Part shown: piece by piece, positions 60,121 to 64,000 of the stretch | Position numbering within the stretch: the first letter of the stretch is position 1 | How the letters are laid out: every line of letters starts with the position of its first letter | Position numbers and translations under genes: made by a program | The notes under the pieces: model-generated | Told to the model about the DNA's origin: nothing | Database searches by the model: none | Seen by the model: the letters and a program-made list of their open reading frames with translations, nothing else | DNA from: Verrucomicrobiota bacterium | GTDB lineage: Bacteria; Verrucomicrobiota; Verrucomicrobiia; Limisphaerales; JADLHS01 | Direction of reading: 5' to 3' | DNA: 64,000 nt | Assembly: GCA_039806955.1 (NCBI GenBank) | Contig: JBDHQI010000005.1 | Location: 39,118 to 103,117, forward strand

Positions 60121-61047
60121 TCAACTTTCGCTGCGAATGTCCCAGGCATTCCGGAGGCCGTCGCCCAGAAAATTCAACGCCAGCAGCGTGGCCACGAGCA
60201 GTCCGCCCGGATAAACCAGCAGCCACCAATAAATACGGACGGGATTGATTTGCTCCGCGCCTTCGGCGATCAACGAACCCCAACTGGCCATTGGTGGTTG
60301 CACGCCAATCCCCAGAAAACTCAGAAAAGATTCCGCCAGCACAATGCCGGGGATCGTGAGAGTGAGATAAACAATCACCACGCCCCACACGTTGGGCACA
60401 ATGTGACGTCGCAAAATCCAGAACGGAGAAGCGCCCAACACGCGGCTGGCATCCACGAAAGCTTGCGCACGCAGCGACAACACCTGCCCGCGCACAATCC
60501 GCGCCATGGTCAACCACGAAACCGCGCCCAACGCGAGGAACAGCACGATCAGCCGGGCCAGCGCCGGCACGCTTGAAAGGTGCAATGCGTCCAACCATTG
60601 ACGGAACACGGGTTCGACCACCGCCATCAGGACGATCGCCAGAATGATGGACGGCACGCAATAAAGCACGTCCACGGTACGCATCATAAAACTGTCAATC
60701 CGGCCTCCCAGATAACCGGCGACGGCCCCCCAAACCACGCCAATCACCAAACAAATGCCCGCCCCCACCACGCCGACCAGCAACGAGATCTGCGCGCCGT
60801 AACAAAGCCGCACCAGCAGATCCCGTCCATGCACATCCGTGCCCATCCAGTGCGTGGCGTTGGGCGGCGTGAATTGCGCGTCGGAAAGTTCATTTGGACC
60901 AAAACGCGACCCGAGCGGATAAAGAAAAACAAAACCGATTACAAAGAGGAGAAACCACGCACTGCCCATCGCGACGCGGTGTTGCCGAAAGCGCCGCCAC
61001 GCGCGCCGCCCTGGACTCAACTGCTTTGTCGGGTGCGTCTCACTCAT
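60121..61047 (-). CDS. ABC peptide/nickel-type transporter permease (OppC/DppC-like)
   Basis: 308 aa with six TM segments. WMGTDVHGRDLL is the typical OppC N-region, and an EAA-like loop is present. Confidence 0.85.
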   Translation of the reverse strand: MSETHPTKQLSPGRRAWRRFRQHRVAMGSAWFLLFVIGFVFLYPLGSRFGPNELSDAQFTPPNATHWMGTDVHGRDLLVRLCYGAQISLLVGVVGAGICLVIGVVWGAVAGYLGGRIDSFMMRTVDVLYCVPSIILAIVLMAVVEPVFRQWLDALHLSSVPALARLIVLFLALGAVSWLTMARIVRGQVLSLRAQAFVDASRVLGASPFWILRRHIVPNVWGVVIVYLTLTIPGIVLAESFLSFLGIGVQPPMASWGSLIAEGAEQINPVRIYWWLLVYPGGLLVATLLALNFLGDGLRNAWDIRSES

Positions 61048-61954
61048 ACTTCACGCGCGGATCGAGCAGAGTGTAGGCGAAATCCACCGCAAGGTTCAGC
61101 AGCACCAACAACACGGCGTACAACATCACCAGGCCGATCACCAAACTGTAATCGCGGTTCAAGAAACCGTTGATGAAGGCCGCGCCGAGACCGGGGATTT
61201 GAAAAATGGTTTCCACGACAAACGAACCGGTCAACAAATCCGCCAGCATTGGACCGGCATACGATACGACCGGCAGCACCGCCAGACGCAGGCCGTGGCG
61301 CAGAAACACGGCGGTTTCACTCAATCCCTTGGCGCGGGCAGTCTTGATGAACTCTGCGCGCATGATGTTCAACATTCCTTCACGCATGAGGCGCGCGACG
61401 CGCCCGGAATAAAACAATCCCAACGCCACGACCGGCAACACCGCGTGTCGCACCGAACCCCACAACGCCACCGGGAACCAGTGCCACTGCACGGCCAAGA
61501 ACATCACGAGCAACGGAGCCAACACGAACACCGGTACGCACACCATCAGAATCGCGCATAAACTGCCAACGTAATCACCCCAACGACCCTGCCGCATGGC
61601 GGTGTAGCAGCCCAGCGGCAAACCAATGCCCAGTGCCAGGCAAAATGCCAGCACCCCCAACGACATCGAAACGGGCAATCCTTGCCAGATCAAATCGTTC
61701 ACCGTGTGGTTGCGATACTTGAGCGACGGTCCGAAATCACCGTGCAACAGATCGCCTAAAAATCGGCCGTATTGTTTCCAGAACGGTGCATCCAGATGAT
61801 ACTTGGCCGCGATCCGGCGCTCGATTTCCGGTGAAGCCGGATGTCGTTCGCGATCGAACGGCGAACCCGGCGTCAAACGCAGCAACGTGAAGCAAATGAA
61901 ACTCACCACCAGCAACAAGGGAATCAACCAGAGCAGTCGTTTCAGAAAATACAT
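61040..61954 (-). CDS. ABC peptide/nickel-type transporter permease (OppB/DppB-like)
   Basis: The internal ATG at 61954 gives MYFLKRLLWLIPLLLVVSFICF, the family-typical start. FIKTARAKGLSE is the EAA motif. The stop of the SBP gene lies 3 nt upstream. Confidence 0.85.
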   Translation of the reverse strand: MYFLKRLLWLIPLLLVVSFICFTLLRLTPGSPFDRERHPASPEIERRIAAKYHLDAPFWKQYGRFLGDLLHGDFGPSLKYRNHTVNDLIWQGLPVSMSLGVLAFCLALGIGLPLGCYTAMRQGRWGDYVGSLCAILMVCVPVFVLAPLLVMFLAVQWHWFPVALWGSVRHAVLPVVALGLFYSGRVARLMREGMLNIMRAEFIKTARAKGLSETAVFLRHGLRLAVLPVVSYAGPMLADLLTGSFVVETIFQIPGLGAAFINGFLNRDYSLVIGLVMLYAVLLVLLNLAVDFAYTLLDPRVKYE

Positions 61955-61956
61955 GG

Positions 61957-63705
61957 CTACTCGCGAGGGGTTGGGTTGCCGGCCCAAGCCGCAGCGCTGT
62001 GAGCGCCGGTCGCGGACCGGGGTTGCGGCTGGCGTTTGTAAATGAACTGGATGGGATGCTCGTCGAGAATGTTCGGCCAGATGCCGCCGATTTTCTGGTC
62101 GTCGTAATAGTTGTAACCGAGATAAAAATAGAGCGGCACGATCGGCACTTCTTCGGCAATCAAGATCGTCTCCGCCTGACGAAAGCAATCCGCCCGTTGG
62201 GTCTGGTCGATCTCCGCGTTGGCGGCAGCCACCAGCGCGTCGTATTGCGCGTTCTTCCAACCGGTCCGGTTGTTGCCGCTCACGCTCAGAAACAAATCAA
62301 GAAACGTGTTGGCGTCGTTGTAATCCCCAATCCAGCTTGAGGTGGAAATCTGGTAGTCCAGTTTCGATTGCGACGCATAGAAAACCTTGCGCTCGATCTG
62401 GCGCAACTCAATATCCACACCGAGGATTTCGCGCCACATTTGCTGTAATTCCACCGCAATTTTACCGTGCAAATTTGCACCGCCGGAAGCCGAAAAAAAA
62501 GTGTAGGACAAGCGCGGAAACCCTTTGCCCTCTGGAAAACCCGCCGCCGCCAACACCGTGCGCGCCGCCGCCGGATCATAGGCCAAACCAGGCGGCGAGG
62601 AATAATGCGCCACGCCGTCGGGAACAAAGTGCGCCGCCGGCCGGCCAATGCCGCGTGTCAGTTTGCCGATGAGCCGCGCTTTATCAGTGGCCAGCGCGAA
62701 CGCGCGACGCACCCGTGGATCATTCAGCGGCGGTTCGTTGACGTTGAAGCGGTAAAAATAAGTGCCGAGATAGGTGAAGCTGTGGAAGTCGGGGCGCTCG
62801 ACCAAAACATCCATCAATTCAGCGGGGACAAGGTCTTTGTCCCAAACAATGTCGGCGGCGCCGGTTGCGTACAAATTCAACGCCGTGTTCGGTGAACTGA
62901 TGGGCAGCACATCCACAATTTCCGAGGCGGTGTTCGCCGCGTCCCAATAGCGCGGATTGCGACGCAACCGGACTTTGTCGTTCACGCGCCAGGCATCGAG
63001 CGTGAACGCGCCGCTGGTGGGCAACGGTTTCGCATGCAACCAGCGATCGCCGTAAGTCTCAATCGTTTGCCGGGGAATTACGGCCAGTGTTGGAAAAGCG
63101 CAAAGCTCTGGAAAGAAAGCAAGCGGAACATTCAATTCAACCTGAAACGTGTGCGCATCCAGAGCGCGAAAACCCACTTCAACGCGATTAGTGACGCGAC
63201 CGTTATACCAGTTCTCCGCGTTTTTAATCCCAAACAACTGTCCGGCGTAATCGCTGGCGGTCGTCGGATCCAATGCGCGGAACCAGGACCATTCTACATC
63301 CGCACTGGTGATTGGTTCGCCGGTGGACCAAACGGCGTTAGAACGCAGATGAAACGTGTAAAGCTTGCCGTCGGCCGAAACCTCCCACCGTTCGGCCAGT
63401 CCAGGTACAGGTGCAGCATTGGTGGGATCAAGACGAATCAATCCATCAAAGAGCGCCTTGGTGATGCGCATTTCCGAGACGCCGGTGACAATTTGTGGAT
63501 CCAGCGATTCGGGTTCGTTGCCGTTGACGATCACCACATCCGCAGGAGATTCCGCCTGAAAACACCCGCCAAGCATAAGAAGAAGTCCCGGCAGTACGGC
63601 GCTCAGCATCACCACCTTTCGCGCGCGGCGGCGGGCAACCCTCGCCAGCTTAAAACGAAACCGCGGCCACCGTCGAATAACGGTGTCGCGGTTGGCGCTG
63701 CTCAT
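61957..63705 (-). CDS. ABC transporter substrate-binding protein, family 5 (OppA/DppA-like)
   Basis: 582 aa. It has an N-terminal anchor and LAERWEVSADGKLYTFHLRSNAVWS, typical of SBP family 5. Confidence 0.85.
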   Translation of the reverse strand: MSSANRDTVIRRWPRFRFKLARVARRRARKVVMLSAVLPGLLLMLGGCFQAESPADVVIVNGNEPESLDPQIVTGVSEMRITKALFDGLIRLDPTNAAPVPGLAERWEVSADGKLYTFHLRSNAVWSTGEPITSADVEWSWFRALDPTTASDYAGQLFGIKNAENWYNGRVTNRVEVGFRALDAHTFQVELNVPLAFFPELCAFPTLAVIPRQTIETYGDRWLHAKPLPTSGAFTLDAWRVNDKVRLRRNPRYWDAANTASEIVDVLPISSPNTALNLYATGAADIVWDKDLVPAELMDVLVERPDFHSFTYLGTYFYRFNVNEPPLNDPRVRRAFALATDKARLIGKLTRGIGRPAAHFVPDGVAHYSSPPGLAYDPAAARTVLAAAGFPEGKGFPRLSYTFFSASGGANLHGKIAVELQQMWREILGVDIELRQIERKVFYASQSKLDYQISTSSWIGDYNDANTFLDLFLSVSGNNRTGWKNAQYDALVAAANAEIDQTQRADCFRQAETILIAEEVPIVPLYFYLGYNYYDDQKIGGIWPNILDEHPIQFIYKRQPQPRSATGAHSAAAWAGNPTPRE

Positions 63706-63713
63706 CGCTCCGA

Positions 63714-64000
63714 TTATTTCGGCGCGATGTTGGTGTCCACGGTCGGCACCGAAACATTCGTAGCCGTCAACAGACTCGCGTCCACGGTCGGGGCCGACGT
63801 GGCGGCGGGGGGGGTGGCTGCGGCCGCCGCTTGCTGATTCTCCTGTTCAATGGCGCTGCGAAAACTATCCGCATCGGTGTTGTAATGCCCGCGTTGCAAC
63901 AAGGAGATGGTGAGCAGCAAAACAAAGAAAGCCACCGCCGAGTATTTGGTGATTTTCGTCAGTGGATTGCCCGCGCCCGCGCCAAACAACGCATCTGCGG
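63714..64000 (-). CDS. secG: Preprotein translocase subunit SecG (5' end outside the window)
   Basis: ...ADALFGAGAGNPLTKITKYSAVAFFVLLLTISLL is the SecG second-TM region. The reading frame stays open to the window edge. Confidence 0.55.
   Translation of the reverse strand, partial: ADALFGAGAGNPLTKITKYSAVAFFVLLLTISLLQRGHYNTDADSFRSAIEQENQQAAAAATPPAATSAPTVDASLLTATNVSVPTVDTNIAPK

Overview
This is a GC-rich bacterial chromosomal segment. It probably comes from the PVC superphylum (Verrucomicrobiota-like). That is inference only, based on a DUF1800/DUF1501 pair, a DUF1559 prepilin-type protein, a lamin-tail-domain giant protein and Tat-signal enzymes. I found no rRNA, tRNA or CRISPR array.

Main blocks:
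- 0.3-9.1 kb: a subtype I-G (formerly I-U) CRISPR-Cas interference operon (cas3, csx17/cas8u2, csb1, csb2). It has no cas1/cas2/cas4 or array inside the window. A ParE-like toxin-antitoxin pair and a truncated DUF1016 gene sit inside the operon, and a remnant of a second csb2 lies downstream.
- 9.4-37.4 kb: housekeeping and accessory genes. These include an aldo/keto reductase, an ABC-2 exporter operon, DUF1501/DUF1800, the lat-pcd lysine catabolism pair, a GH92 mannosidase, TPR proteins, an esterase, gluQ, an M23 peptidase, a LacI regulator, nadK and tlyA. Two decayed IS remnants (ISAs1-like, ISKra4-like) also lie here.
- 37.8-45.2 kb: the most unusual locus. The threonyl-tRNA synthetase gene is split inside its catalytic domain by about 2.7 kb made of three tandem, co-oriented gene cassettes. 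Each cassette opens with a conserved ~90-bp module and ends with the same 8-bp core, TNGAAATG. The cargo is a MazEF-like pair with a frameshifted toxin, a 357-aa orphan protein, and a DUF433/PIN-like pair. The first module gives the ThrRS N-fragment an in-frame helical tail and a stop codon. The last core ATG is the start codon of the ThrRS C-fragment. Downstream follow a low-GC YprB-like exonuclease/zinc-ribbon gene, a decayed duplicate of an internal thrS segment and a helicase remnant.
- 45.2-64 kb: nrdR, a HIT protein, xth, NIPSNAP, gmhB-like, a giant LTD adhesin-like protein, a possible glucosylglycerate-type glycosyltransferase/phosphatase cluster, an Opp/Dpp-type ABC importer and a partial secG.

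I propose the thrS cassette array as the candidate undescribed system: an integron-like cassette array inside an essential gene, possibly with zipper-assisted reassembly of the split enzyme. All family assignments come from motif recognition by eye, not from database searches.
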